From positions 558,001 through 622,000 of the forward strand of contig AP026136.1 in assembly GCA_030295235.1 (NCBI GenBank): a stretch of 64,000 nt of DNA. Direction: 5' to 3'. The stretch comes from Fistulifera solaris (Eukaryota). Within the stretch, counting starts at the first letter, position 1, and each line of letters begins with the position of its first letter. The notes beneath the pieces were generated by a model. It was not told where the DNA came from. It searched no databases and saw nothing but the letters and a program-made list of their open reading frames with translations. The position numbers were made by a program, and so were the translations under genes. Positions 1 through 12,276 of this stretch are shown here, in pieces.

Positions 1-861
1 GCGCGCCGTGATTTGCTGCAAAACTTGGGAAAGGTAGAAAAAGCAATTCACGATTACATGGAGAAAAACTCGAGCTCAGATGATGTCGGTAGAACACCGA
101 CCTTGCGCCAGCTTATGCGCCACGAGATTTGTCGGAATATGCACCCTAATCTTCCGCGTCTCACCGACCGATCCGGAGCCAACGGGCTTTTATGGACCAT
201 TCGACAAGTTAGATACCAGACTTTGATTTTCTCTAATCTACGACAGACTCCTTTTCTATTTCCGGACTCCAAAGCCGCAAATCAAGCAGCTTATCATGCC
301 ACCTACGACAAGTACCACGGCTTTTTCACACGCCAAGTCTTTCAAGCCACCTTCGATGTGGCTCCACATGCAGACATTGTCATGGAGCATATGAATGTAA
401 GCGCTCCAGAAGATCTTTTCTGTGTGGAAAGTGCTACCCAAGCAGAATCGATGGAAGCCGAATCTATCAATGAGAATGGCAACGAACCCGACGATACATG
501 GATCCATCTAGATCTCGAACTGACAGAGCGCCAACCCAACACGGACGATGATTTAGAGCCACATCGTATTGTGGACGTGCCGAAAAGGGTGAAGCCTCAG
601 CACCCTTTGGAGTGCTTCGGACATCATTTACAAGTTGAGTGGAATCGAATGATCAGCCAATGTGCAGGAATGACGGAGCAACCTATCCCGAATGACTCAC
701 TTCATGCGTCGGTAATTGTCGATGCACCACTGCGACGAGAAGCTTCATTCAAGCTGGCGGATGTGCAATTTTGTTCATTTATCGACTTCATGCAGCCCCT
801 CCTCCATGATTTAGAGAACATGATGGAGGAATTGAATATGAACGACCCGAGTCGAGTCTAA
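1..861 (+). CDS. Glycolipid transfer protein (GLTP)-domain protein, 5'-truncated by window edge
   Basis: SGANGLLWTIRQ and AAYHATYDKYHGFFTRQVF..AP resemble the GLTP motifs (LLWLxR; AYxxxLxxxHGWxxR). Followed by an acidic C-terminal extension; stop at 859-861. Confidence 0.65.
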   Translation, partial: ARRDLLQNLGKVEKAIHDYMEKNSSSDDVGRTPTLRQLMRHEICRNMHPNLPRLTDRSGANGLLWTIRQVRYQTLIFSNLRQTPFLFPDSKAANQAAYHATYDKYHGFFTRQVFQATFDVAPHADIVMEHMNVSAPEDLFCVESATQAESMEAESINENGNEPDDTWIHLDLELTERQPNTDDDLEPHRIVDVPKRVKPQHPLECFGHHLQVEWNRMISQCAGMTEQPIPNDSLHASVIVDAPLRREASFKLADVQFCSFIDFMQPLLHDLENMMEELNMNDPSRV

Positions 862-967
862 ATGGTACATCATACCATAAACATGATCCCTAGACATACA
901 CAAGAATAAAAAAAGTGTATAAAGAATAAGTCTATTGCGTATTTTTGCGCAGAGCATTTCACACAGC

Positions 968-2299
968 CTAAGCTTCTTGACTTTTTCGTTTTTGACGGTC
1001 CATCATCACTTGCTGCCATTTTTCCATTTTCCGCATTTGATGTTCTTCTTTTTCTCTGGCACGACGTTGCATCCATCCCACCAACCCGTTGGATTCGACT
1101 TCGTCCGGTGCCTTTCCGGCAATATCCTTGGCCGTCAATTGCACGGGACGCGTGGTCGTGATGGTACTGCTGACAGCGTCGGCCGGCAATTCCGGTGCCG
1201 GCAACGCATTCCGGGGTACCAGACCTCCCAGCCCGCGACTGGATTGTTGCAGACGATCGTAGCGAATCAAGTTGATGCGTCGTTCGATCTCATCGGCAAT
1301 CTGATCGGAATCCATTCCGTGATATTGTCGCAGGAGCGTAGGAATGTCACCGTAATTTTCCCGCGCAATTTCAATCAAAGGGTGTAATGCGTTCTAACGC
1401 ATTGTCGGTTCGATCGGAGGGATCCGTGTAGGGTTTGATGGGAATGACATTGTAGGGATGGAATTGGACTTCTTCGGGATCATCATCCAGGACAACAATG
1501 CGATTGACGTTCCGATTCAATCGATCCAAGTCTTTGATGTAAACACCATTTTTGTAGACCGTAGCATCTCGATAGAGCCGATGCATGATACAGCCTTCTT
1601 TATCTAACGATGTAACGACCGGATCGGCCATGCCGTCGATACTGGGCGAAAAGAGGACAATCTCGTAATACATGGCCATTGTTCTTAAAAACTGATCGAC
1701 TCCGGGTCGTTTTGCATGACGATACCCGTATTTACGATCCCACGTAGAACTGACCAAGGTATTGTCGAGATCAATCACCAGTGTGTGCGGGACGGGAATA
1801 TCGTGTGGCACATTCGGCATCTGAAGAGCGAGTGTGAGGTATCCATTTGCTAAAGAAAACAAAGCTGCCGTTAGCAGCCTTTCCGGCTGGCATATTCAAT
1901 CACGAAAGACTTACTTGTGACCAGTCGGGCAATAACTTGTCGTATTGTGGGACCGCCATTTCTTCAAATTTGTTACGGATCCAACCGGCCAACCCTATCG
2001 CTTCGGCCAACCGCGCCGGAGGACTGTCTTCGTCTTGGACGGCCCACGTGATGATGGCGGTCGGCACAAATAAACCAACGTACCACAACCAACGCGATCC
2101 CGCCACGCGATTGTGCCATTTCGTCGTCTCCCCTTTGTGTAGTGGATTGTTGCTGTTGTTGTTGTTGTTGCTGCAACAATAGACGTCCGCGTTCGCGACG
2201 CGCGGCGCGGAGTGCGGCTCGTTCGGTGGCCGTAATGTTGGTAGGACGCGTAATGGCGGTCGAGAAATACACGCGGCTCACTCGGGTAAAAGATAACAT
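968..2299 (-). CDS. TIM50: Mitochondrial inner-membrane translocase subunit Tim50 (NIF/FCP1-like HAD domain)
   Basis: Arg/Ser-rich presequence MLSFTRVSRVYFS, a TM segment (WLWYVGLFVPTAIITWAV), LLPD..P, and TLVIDLDNTLVSSTWDRKYGYRHAKRPGVDQFL...KDLDRLNR. GT-AG intron 1914-1821. Apparent frameshifts near 2110-2140 and 1375. Confidence 0.9.
2147..2178 (+). repeat. (TTG)n microsatellite encoding poly-Gln in Tim50
   Basis: ttgttgctgttgttgttgttgttgctgc; reads QQQQQQQQQQ on the minus strand. Confidence 0.85.
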
Positions 2300-3066
2300 T
2301 GCTTTATGTGTGCACTGAACGAAGTATGAGATGAGTGATGAAAGGAATTTAGAAGCACACCTTTCTTATAATATTCGAATGAATGAGAGGCATAACAGGA
2401 TGCGATTTGGTGTTTGTCGTTCTGCGTTTTGTTGCGGACGGTGGACGGGCGAACGCTGATTTCGGGTAGGGATTAGGATATTGGTTTCAGTCCGTAAATC
2501 ATTAGCGGATGCATTCACTCCTACATTATTAGATATTATGTGCTTTTCACTCATCCCAATATGAAATTATGTATCAAAAAATCAATGAGAGGCTGCCAAG
2601 CTAGCCAAACAAACCGAGGTTGAATTGATTCATGACTGAAATGCAGTCGTGACGAAAGGTCGCCAAGACTGGGGGCTATAGTAAAACGGATGACAACGAT
2701 TTGCAAAGGATAAGGGACACAAGGAATCGAGACAGTCGTTGCACATGCTTGGCTTGTAAAGATAAATAACATTATAATGCATTAATAATACTCTACCAAA
2801 CAAGCAGAACAAGCGTGTTAGGTAGCAACTTTATAAACACTAAGCAAAACATAATTCGTGACAGCAATTTTATGGGGTTCTTTAACCACCGTTACGACAC
2901 AGTGTCTTTCGATCCGGTTCGGGTGAAATCGTTTTGCTCTGTCTGTCACACGTACGGGCGACCATGACGGAAAGGCAATGCATTACAATTACAAGCAGGA
3001 GGATAATTCTTGTGCTTGTGCTTTTTTTTTAGCATTGTATTATTCTTTCTTTATTTATTTAGAACC

Positions 3067-3938
3067 ATGGCACGACGTTACGATTCATCGACGACTACAT
3101 TCTCACCGGAAGGTCGTCTTCATCAGGTAAAACAGACTCCTCGCGTGCGCGAAAGGGTTGCCTTTGCAACAACAAACAAGACGCTCACACTCTTGTACAA
3201 CAGGTCGAATACGCCATTGAAACCATCAACAATTCCGGCGCCTGCGTTGGATTACTCGCCAAAGATGGGATTGTCATGGCCAGTGAACGTCGTTTGACGT
3301 CTGGATTGTTGGCACCGGCCAAACGTTCCGACAAGACGTTTTGTTTGGCCCAACACGCCGCGTGCAATGTCGCGGGGTTGACGGCGGATGCCAACTTACT
3401 CATGGACGAAGCCCGGTATCAAGCCGGATATTATCAATACACGTATCAAGAACCGATCCCGATTGAACAACTGGTCGAAATTGTCTGCAATTACAAGCAG
3501 TATTACACGCAACGGGGTGGTTTGCGTCCGTTCGGCGTCGCCTTTTTGTTTGGTGGATACGATGAATTTCACGGCTTTCAATTGTATCAAACGGATCCCA
3601 GTGGTAATTACAGTGGATGGAAAGCCACCGTCATTGGTGCGAACAATCAAGCGGGCAAGTCCTTGTTGAAGAGTGAATACGGAAAAGCTGGAGAAGAAAT
3701 GAAGACGGATGACGAGGAAGAGCGTCTACCCACGGTCCAAGAAGCCTTGCAACTCGCGGTCAAAGTACTCAACAAGACAATGGATGGGACTGGTGCTGCG
3801 GCTGTGGAGAAGATGGAATTGTTTACCATGACCTTGGATGCGGAACAGAATGTCGTACATCATATTTTGACCAAGGCGGAGACCCAAGCCGTCATTGATT
3901 CGGTCGAACAAGAGACCGCGGCTGCGGGTGATGCTTAA
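3067..3938 (+). CDS. PSMA4: 20S proteasome subunit alpha-3 type (PSMA4/Pre9)
   Basis: MARRYDSSTTTFSPEGRLHQ|VEYA with intron 3127-3203; AGLTADA; YTQRGGLRPFGV; LYQTDPSGNYSGWKA. Confidence 0.95.
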
Positions 3939-4037
3939 ACTAGATGGTGCATTTATTTGTTTTGAGCTTTTCGATTGTGCTTTTCCATGTATTTCGATAG
4001 TTGTGTGTACTGTGTAGCATGAAACTTTTTGTTTTAT

Positions 4038-4984
4038 TTATTCATCGTCCCGAACATCCGCATCATTCATACGACTATCTTCATCATCACCGACAGCAAC
4101 AGAGGAACGACGTCCTATCAAAATGGGTTCGTGGGGGTCCTCAACGGATCCTCGTGATATCCCGACTTCACCACCCGAGGGATACAGCACACACAAGATA
4201 CCTTGAATCAAACCCAGCGTCAATCCCAACCCATTAGGGACATAAATCATCGGATCGTTGCGCACAAATCCACCGTACAGAATCCAGAAACTGGTATTGA
4301 CATAATTCATATACAAAGTCGGTCGATGGATAGAATCCGATCGTTTCGTTAACAAAACTGTCTGGAGACTTTGCAACGGAGCACTATAAAAGACGACCAA
4401 ATTCAAATTGACCAGCAAACCTATCACCGTCTCGGGTGCCGCCAACTTCCAACCACCCATCCATTGCATCACAACAATCGTACCAGACCATACAATAATA
4501 ACGCGCAAAAATTTCGTTCAATGGGTACCACAATCATTTCGTTCTCACTTTCGCTGGCTTGGACGATTGTGTCATCGCTCACATGGTTCGTCGTCGCAGC
4601 ACGATGTCGCATACGTTCCGCATATTGCAATTTTGCGGCTCCCATATTGAGCCATAAACTCAAGATTAAACCGGGAACATTGGCGGCCAGGACAAAGGGA
4701 TCGTTCGTATAATGCGCGTAAACGACCCAACCCAAACAATTCCCCGTCATGAACGGCCATGGAAAAGGATTCAAGGTTTTGAGTGATCCTGATTGTAGTG
4801 CCGTCCGCAAATCGCGGATGGGGGCTATAATACGTTTAGAACAACATTGATGAGGTTCGATTTCCAACAGAGAACATATACTCAGTGATCGATAAAACGC
4901 ACCCGCAAACATCAGCGTTGCCATCAAGACGCCCATGCAGGGCGAGAAATATTGAAGAAAATAGTAAGCGAAGGAATGCGACAT
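4038..4984 (-). CDS. SWEET: SWEET (MtN3/saliva) sugar transporter
   Basis: Two MtN3 repeats: MFAAPI..LNPFPWPFMTGNCLGWVVY and FYSAPL..NTSFWILYG..DPMIYVPNGLG. Intron 4902-4825; frameshift near 4510. Confidence 0.9.
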
Positions 4985-5194
4985 TATGGGATAAATAGAG
5001 TGATGGAAGACAATTGAAAAATGAAAATGAAGAAAAAGAAAAAGGATGAGTGCTGGTAATGAACGCTTTCTGCACAGTCATGTGTTGGTGACTTTTTTTC
5101 GAAACGTTTCTTTTCACGTTTTGAAATTGTCGCAGTGTTTATCTCACTATTTTTGTCGGACTGGTTCGTTCTACAGTACCAGTATTCTCACTTT

Positions 5195-6472
5195 TCAGCT
5201 CCCGCACGCTCCCGACGACCAATCCGATTGTCCTTTCCAAATCATGTAATCTTCGACACAAGCATCAGGAACGCGTAAATCACGGCAGCACGGTTGGCAC
5301 AACAACCGATGGCCCAAAGATTCTTCACAGCTGGTCGAAGTAACGAGGGTGGCCGTTCGAACACGACAGGCCTCGCAATCCACCGCTAAAGCGAATGATG
5401 GACTCCAAATATCGTGAAGAAGCGGGTAAGGTAAAGGCTGTTTGGGACCGATCTTGCGATCCACTAAATATATGGAGCATTCGACGTCACCGTGACAAAC
5501 ATGAACGTAGCGTACTCCCAACCGCAATTCCAAATCTTGCAAAGCAACCGCTTGCATGGGCCTCGCGAAGATTGGGACATCCGTCAAACCCAAAAATGTT
5601 CGACGGGCGACCGACTCTGGTTCGGAGAAGAGCCACGCTAAAATAGGGGAAATATAATCGACCCGTCCCACGCCATAAAATGTTCCTTCCATAAAGAAAA
5701 ATCCCGAATCGACCGCTTCTGGTCGTGAACGATTCCATAGACGATCGTCCGCTAACTCTATAATAGCTCGATGTACATCAAATAGTGTTTGCGTGCCTAG
5801 AAATTCCATCACCATACGGTGAGGTTCCACCGCACCAAATCGTCCCGGAAGTCTTCTCCAACATTCCAGACATACCGTGGAAACTTGCTGTTGAGAGTCC
5901 GAAGGAGGTAGACCATGACGATCCTTTCTTCGCAGTCGAGCTAAAGCGTGTCCATCAATTCGCGAGTAGTCTCGAAATCCTTGACGGATTTCTTGCAGAA
6001 CGTGTTGTGTTCGGGAAAGCGCATGATCCCGTCGTACCATTTCGGAAGCACGAGGAACCGCCGCAAACAATTCCCACAACGCACGTTCATACGACAAATG
6101 AACGGATGGATCCACCAACGATACGACCCGATCTCCCTCCGGATGGTCGTCGGAATACGGATTCTGTGGTTGCGTGGTAGTGTAATCGAAATGATCCGGC
6201 AAGCGAACGTGATTCTCGTACCAAGTCGGATTCGTTTCACGAGATACTTTGCGTTCTTCTAGTTTTTCCCATTTCTGCAAGGCTTCCGCCACGACTTGTT
6301 CGGCGATGACCTGCAACGGCGGTATCACGATGTTCGAACAATCAAATGGATCATCATCGGTCGTGTCGTTTGTGTTTGCTCTTTCGGCTTGTGTCGTTTG
6401 ATAACTGGCTTTTCGCTGCAACAAAAGTTGCCACTCTTGTTCGAAATGTTTTGAAGATAACTTTTCGTTCAT
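5195..6472 (-). CDS. SNAPC3: snRNA-activating protein complex subunit 3 (SNAP50) homolog
   Basis: FLGTQTL, SGFFFMEGTFY, DLELRLGVRYVHVCHGDVEC, YPL and a C-terminal CxxC...CxxC zinc finger match the SNAP50 C-terminal domain pattern. Confidence 0.8.
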   Translation of the reverse strand: MNEKLSSKHFEQEWQLLLQRKASYQTTQAERANTNDTTDDDPFDCSNIVIPPLQVIAEQVVAEALQKWEKLEERKVSRETNPTWYENHVRLPDHFDYTTTQPQNPYSDDHPEGDRVVSLVDPSVHLSYERALWELFAAVPRASEMVRRDHALSRTQHVLQEIRQGFRDYSRIDGHALARLRRKDRHGLPPSDSQQQVSTVCLECWRRLPGRFGAVEPHRMVMEFLGTQTLFDVHRAIIELADDRLWNRSRPEAVDSGFFFMEGTFYGVGRVDYISPILAWLFSEPESVARRTFLGLTDVPIFARPMQAVALQDLELRLGVRYVHVCHGDVECSIYLVDRKIGPKQPLPYPLLHDIWSPSFALAVDCEACRVRTATLVTSTSCEESLGHRLLCQPCCRDLRVPDACVEDYMIWKGQSDWSSGACGS

Positions 6473-7236
6473 GATTGTATCATTTTTATGTTTCTTTCAA
6501 TGCTTAGGATACCACTCCGTAAGAGTCGACTTGAAATGACGCTGCTCCAACACAATCCCGTTTGACATGTACTGACATTTGCGCGTCAGCTAAAGACCAT
6601 GAATCAGGTGATGATACAAGTGAGTTGCAAGTAATAAAAGAGAAAAGATGCTAACACTTTAAAGATCACATAAAGGAAAGGGAAAAGTTGAAGGATCGAA
6701 TGGAAACAAACAATAAAACAAATAATGAATTGCAGGACTGTCCTTCGTCCTTCGTGGCGAACGGTGTGCAGTGCAGGCGCTCCAAATTCCAAAGCCCGAC
6801 TCAATTCACCGTTGTTGGAACGGTTTCGCTCGAGCGTCACTAAAACCAGAGAGCCAATGATGATTCCTCCTAAATCCAAATCACCGCCACAACTAGCAAC
6901 GGTTATGAAATAATGGTTTGATAGAATATAGTATGTCGGGTTTCGTTTTTTTTGCTCCGGTTTATGTAAGATTGAAAACAGAGGAAATGTACTCCGACCA
7001 GCCGTACGCGCACATGATACACATCAAGCCACACCGTTTCCTGCACACTCAACTTTAGGGTACTATTTGAATGCGAAGCTCGGAATGGGGAATGTGAACG
7101 GGACTGATACCATAGGAGACGGAGGACGTTGACCACGATGAGGCTCTCTTATTTTTCCCTCGGAGAGATCGTTTTCTCAGTTATTCATTCATAATATCGT
7201 CGGGAAAAGACTCTACAAATCGTATTGAATAGCAAC

Positions 7237-8270
7237 ATGTCAACAGAAGAAGAAACAACCGCAAAGAGTGTTTCCATAGCGGAGGATGCTACCGAAAAGA
7301 CCGCTGTGGCCAAGAAACCGCTCGAAATGCGACGATTGTCTACGATTTCGCGACGTTATGACCGTGACGGCAAAGGATATTTGGACGAAACCGAGCAAGC
7401 TTTGCGTCGCATGGATACACAAAATCAAGGTTTCTTGGGAATGGATAAAATCTACGGAATTGTGGAGGAACTGCACGCACAAGAACAGCGCAATTCCGCG
7501 CTCATTGAGGACCTGCGGACCGAGGCGAAGGCGAATTCGAGTTTGCGAAAAGGAATCTTTTTGTTGTGTATTTTCACCATCTTTTGACCATATCGAACAT
7601 TGGAACCAGTTTGGCGGCGGCCAGGTTAGCGAAAGACACGCAGGTTTCTTACTACAATGATTTGCAAAGCTCGGAGAGTGGAGTGCGATTGGGAACGACA
7701 CCGAAAGACGTCATGGTTCAAATGAACCCGGTTTCCGAGGAGCTCCGCATGCGCCGTAGTCGACATTTACAAGCCGCGTCGGACTTGATGTGCCCCAACG
7801 TTACCGCAGCGAATGCTGCCATCCATAATTCTACCATTCTTTGCGAGCTCAGCGGAACGATGGGTTCAGCGGAAGCGGCGAGACTTTACGAACTCTTCTG
7901 CCCTGGCTACGAGACCAGTGGGTACTGTACAGGAAATGGCGTCAGTAAGATAAATCTGAATTGTCATGGTCACTTGTCCACCCTCTTTGGTGGGTCACAG
8001 CTTCCTCCTACTCCTCCCGTTTCGTTTGATGGTATGACCGCCTACCCAACCAGCGGAATGGGATACGTTGGAGAGGCAGCTGTATTCTTGTTCGGGCGCT
8101 TGCTTCCTTGCATTCAAGAGTTTTCCGTTGGCCTTTACTGCCCGGATGAACCGGTGGTCATGGACAGCGGTGAACTCAACGATGACTGCATGATGTTCCT
8201 GTCTTGGGAACCGGGAACATGTCTTGGGCGAGTGGAACTCTGTGGACAACCTACAGAGAGCTCCGTTTAA
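7237..8270 (+). CDS. Single-pass membrane protein with EF-hand-like N-terminus, coiled coil and Cys-rich C-terminal domain
   Basis: DRDGKGYLDETE and DTQNQGFLGMDK loops; TM segment IFLLCIFTIF..LTISNIGTSLAAA split by a frameshift near 7580, joining ORFs 7225-7587 and 7566-8270. Confidence 0.6.
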
Positions 8271-8656
8271 AAGGGTTAAGGATACAGCTAAGCCAATGTG
8301 CATCTCATTGCCGAGAATCCGCGTAAAGAGCGGTATCTAAAAGTGATCACTTGACTAACTTTACTTTGGAATCAACTATATATGAATTAAATTAAAGCAC
8401 AAGCCCCTAGTATAAAATATTGAGGTACTAGGCTGGACTAGCTAGAAGGTAATAAAAAATGAAGCATGTAGCAATGGTCGAAATTGATTTTTAACCTTAT
8501 TTTTTGATTTGATGACGTCACAATTCTTTGCCATCCACTTTCCCTTCAACAAATTTCGGAGTAAGTTTTGCCACCAACAATTTTAACATCTTCATTAATG
8601 CCATACTTTGTAATCACAACGCAGCCACACTACACCGCCTTGGTAATACATGGAAC

Positions 8657-9628
8657 ATGCTGCAACCGCTCGATTCCGAAAAAGCGAGAAAGGAAACAGA
8701 GGCATCTCACGAGGATGATGCGCTTCGTCGTAAGCGTCGGGCGGACGAATTCCGTAGAACCTTTTCCGCATGGAAATTTGTGGACCCGAAACAACCTTGG
8801 ATATTGGTGGAAAATGGCTCTTTTTTAGGATATTTTGACTGGCTGCCAGAGCACTTTCGGATGGGACCTTGGTCAATTTCTGCGTTAGCTCTCTTATTCA
8901 CGATCGCTTACCTCATACTTTTAGCCGGAGTCTATTTTACAACCCCGCACAGTCAGCCTTGGTTTCAGAATAGCGATATTTATCACGGATCCGTTGTCGA
9001 CATGTACCCAGATGCCTGGTCATCTCCGTGGTATTATCACTCGTTCGGCTTGCTTTGGATGATTTTCATAATTTATGTGATTTACACCGGCCCGACCGGT
9101 CCTCGTGCTTGGTGCACGTACACCGTGCAGTCTTGGACGCTGTTAACGTTTCGACACGGACTATGTGTGCTGGCACCTTGGTCGTCGACAGCAGCCAGTT
9201 TGGCGGAGTGGATCCGCTTTCCGGCGGCTTGCTCCGCTACCGTCACCTTCTTTGTCTGGAACTTTGCCGTCTTCCCTTCCGTATACGTTTTCTTCCTCAA
9301 AGACCCCGAGCACAAGAGAAACTTCTTTAAGTTTTGCACAAGCTTCCGGATGCTCAATATTCATTTTGCCAATATAGTCCTCGCTGCAGTCAATTGTGGA
9401 CCATGGGCATCCCCTCGACGTCGACTGGAATGGATGGATCTTTATGTATCGATGGTATCAATTCTAATCTACATGGGGCTTTACTTGCTGATATTTGATC
9501 GTCTGGGTATTCACATGTATCCTTTGTTTTCGCCAAGGACCACCATGGTTCTTCCGGCTTGGACTTCTCTTCTGGGTGTGTACCTAGTCACCTTTTACGC
9601 GTGGAGATGGATAGTGGATATTGTATAG
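8657..9628 (+). CDS. Multi-pass membrane protein, possibly AIG1/ADTRP (FAR-17a)-like
   Basis: About 7 hydrophobic segments; YTVQSW, NIHFAN and C-terminal YPLF motifs. First ATG at 8657. Confidence 0.55.
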   Translation: MLQPLDSEKARKETEASHEDDALRRKRRADEFRRTFSAWKFVDPKQPWILVENGSFLGYFDWLPEHFRMGPWSISALALLFTIAYLILLAGVYFTTPHSQPWFQNSDIYHGSVVDMYPDAWSSPWYYHSFGLLWMIFIIYVIYTGPTGPRAWCTYTVQSWTLLTFRHGLCVLAPWSSTAASLAEWIRFPAACSATVTFFVWNFAVFPSVYVFFLKDPEHKRNFFKFCTSFRMLNIHFANIVLAAVNCGPWASPRRRLEWMDLYVSMVSILIYMGLYLLIFDRLGIHMYPLFSPRTTMVLPAWTSLLGVYLVTFYAWRWIVDIV

Positions 9629-10087
9629 TTATCAGAGGTTATACTGCGGTCAGTCAGCCATTACATTTTCGTAGACGACGATCTTGCTCAATTGTGATTG
9701 AATGAAAAGAATGAAGTTATACGCCATAGTCTTTTTACAGATCGGATCGTTTAGGATTGGGAGATCTTGAGTCACGGAACGGGATCCACCGAAAGATCGA
9801 AAGCGTCAATCTGCCTCGAATCTGATTGGCTGAAAAACGGCGAATCACGGTGAAGTAGACATCATTTGAATGTTCCACGTTCCATTCCTGGGAAATTTTC
9901 CGTGTCCACTACAGCTTAATCTATAGTCAGGAGTTTGACTATACACAAGATAAAGAATCCCCAGATGCCGGTGGCAAATCTTCGTGTCTTTCGCTCTTCG
10001 GTTTTCTCACAACAAGTCGCCCGATTATTCGTAAAGCCACACATTTGTAGTGAGAATATTACTAATCTACGTTGCAGTTCCACGACA

Positions 10088-11366
10088 ATGGTCACAAACG
10101 ATAGCCTCTCCTCCAAACGCTCCAGTTCGTCGCTAGATGGAGAATGTTCATCCGATTCGATGGATGAGCGAGAGGACGAGAAAACGATTCCATTTTTGAG
10201 GTAAGCTAGCAAATTTGCCTCATCCGCGCGATGTGGATGCTATAAGGCCACCTTTGGCCAGCCGCGTGATTCGTCTTCCACCCATTTGTGTGAAGAATGA
10301 TTTTGTTGAAACAGAAAGATGAATTGGGGTCTTTTTGCCCTCAAGACACTCGAAGACGACGTGATGGATCTGTCCCATCACTCACATCCGCAGACCGAGA
10401 AAGAGAAAGCATTCCGAGACTCATAACCTGATGTTGATGTTTTGGTCACTGTTTAGGTGGTACTACATCACGAGTACCGCATTTTCAAATTCTTTCGCCC
10501 CGCCGAAACGCTTTCGTGTCCTCATCACATCGTCATGGCTTCTTACCATTTCGAACCCTTTTTCTATTGCAGACGCCTCCGTGATATGCTAATTGAAAAC
10601 AAGGATTCTATTACGTTTCTCCCTGGTCGTAAGTAGTGGACTTTTATTTTATCAGGTCCGTGTACATCAACTCATGGTGAATTGTCATTTATTATCATCA
10701 CAGAACGGAATCAAGGAGGAAAGAATGTGCTTGGAAAAATTATTGTTCAAGATCGGGTGACAGTTGAAGCTAAAGTTCTTCCGAAGTACTTCAACCACTC
10801 TTCGTTTGCTTCGCTTCGTCGTCAGCTGAATTACTTTAGCTTTGTTCGTCTAGGGAAAGGACGGCAACGGCAGTCTTCATACGTTAACGAAAGTGTGTAT
10901 GTGCTGGATGATATCTTGCTGCTGAAGCGTCGGCCAACAGGGAGCAAACGGTGTACCTTCTAATGACCTCATTTTCCCTGTACTACAAACGCCGGTCCCT
11001 TCTAGCGTTGAAACTGATATTATTACCTCGAATGTATTTGACGAGGTGGTGAATTCGAAGCGAACCACGAAACGGCGTCGCCTTGTGTCGAAAGGGACAC
11101 CTTCACTCAAAACAAAACGCTTCATTGTGCCAGCAGGTAATTGTGTCAGCGAAGACGAACACTCGGAACCGAAACATCTCCTGGATCTTACTGCCCCCGT
11201 AGAAAGCACCGACAATGATGTTCTTGCAGGGTGCAGCGCCCTTTGCGATTGTCTTCTCAAACTTGGATGTAGAAGCTTCTTGGATTTGCTGGCTTTTGCG
11301 ATTGTCTTCTCAAACTTGGATGTAGAAGCTTCTTGGATTTGCTGGCTTCTGTACATATTCATATAA
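10088..11366 (+). CDS. Heat-shock factor (HSF-type DNA-binding domain) protein
   Basis: Exons 10088-10200, 10573-10628 and 10704 onward give IPFLRRLRDML...VLPKYFNHSSFASLRRQLNYFSF...LLLKRR. A frameshift near 10941 links to a C-terminal frame with basic KRRR; the 3' end is uncertain (stop at 10963 if the frameshift is real). Confidence 0.85.
11242..11347 (+). repeat. Perfect 53-bp tandem duplication
   Basis: tttgcgattgtcttctcaaacttggatgtagaagcttcttggatttgctggct occurs at 11242-11294 and 11295-11347. Confidence 0.95.
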
Positions 11367-12276
11367 CTAGTTTATTTTATTATAGCAAAATGTATAGGTG
11401 TCCTGTTATGGCTTGTTCAAAATGTAGGCTGTTTGGATGGCTGAGACGATTGAATTACGATTGCCATCGATTTAGTCTCGTCACAAGAGAGTAAGCGCTG
11501 CTTAGCTCATTGTAACGACATTTATATTTATGGGACTGCCGTCAATCACGTCACAGGTTCACGGAGGTACAATCACGTAAGATTTCCCGCCCTAGTTTTT
11601 CCTGATCCGTGCGTCTCCTAACGTCAAGTTGGGGGATCATCGCTGCCTACGAGTCCTTACTGCGATGCTTCGGTGACTTGCTTCCCGCTCATAGGATTCT
11701 GTGCATTAGGTCGGTGATCCACTTTTTTATACCCGAAAAACGGAGTAAATGAATCAGATGGGACGGGCATCAGAAGGAACCTGATGACCTCCAAACCTTT
11801 GTCCAAACCGTTATATTGAATCCAGTCAAGCTTCTTGACGTCATCCTCACCGACAATTCATTTTCTATCCAACGGATTGTAGTTTGTTTGAGTCACGGGT
11901 GAAACACCTGAAACTGGAACCGTTCCAAAAAGTCCGCAAGTCCAAACCGTCCAAAATAAAAACCAATGAACTATTTTGGCGGACCCCGAAAAGGATTTGG
12001 TTGTATGTATAGCATTTGTTTGTGCCCTTATGACTCGTTAGGCGTTGGGGTACACAAAAGCGGTACCTGATACACTTTTGTCCTGAATAAAAAGTTCGCA
12101 ACCATTCAAGTATGAGTACTATCATTTAGGGACTCGAAAATGTCAACCAGGGGCGCGCTTGTAAGACTTGAAATAAATTCAACGCCAGGGGGAATTTTTG
12201 CGCAGTGGCGCGGTCCAAAACCAAACGCTTCATCACGTTGTCGCATTTATTTCCTTCCAAAAAAAAAAAAACGACC

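Noticed and set aside
6725..6913. 62-aa basic ORF with an A-rich start context
   Set aside because: Could be a microprotein, but there is no homology or splice evidence.
8513..8520. TGACGTCA bZIP/CRE-like site (also 11836-11843)
   Set aside because: An 8-mer is expected about once per window by chance; no functional support.
9822..9902. CCAAT box (reverse) and partial heat-shock element upstream of the HSF gene
   Set aside because: Only two correctly spaced nGAAn units; too weak to call autoregulation.
11242..11347. Direct repeat considered as a CRISPR array
   Set aside because: Two adjacent copies with no spacer, no cas genes, and a eukaryotic context.
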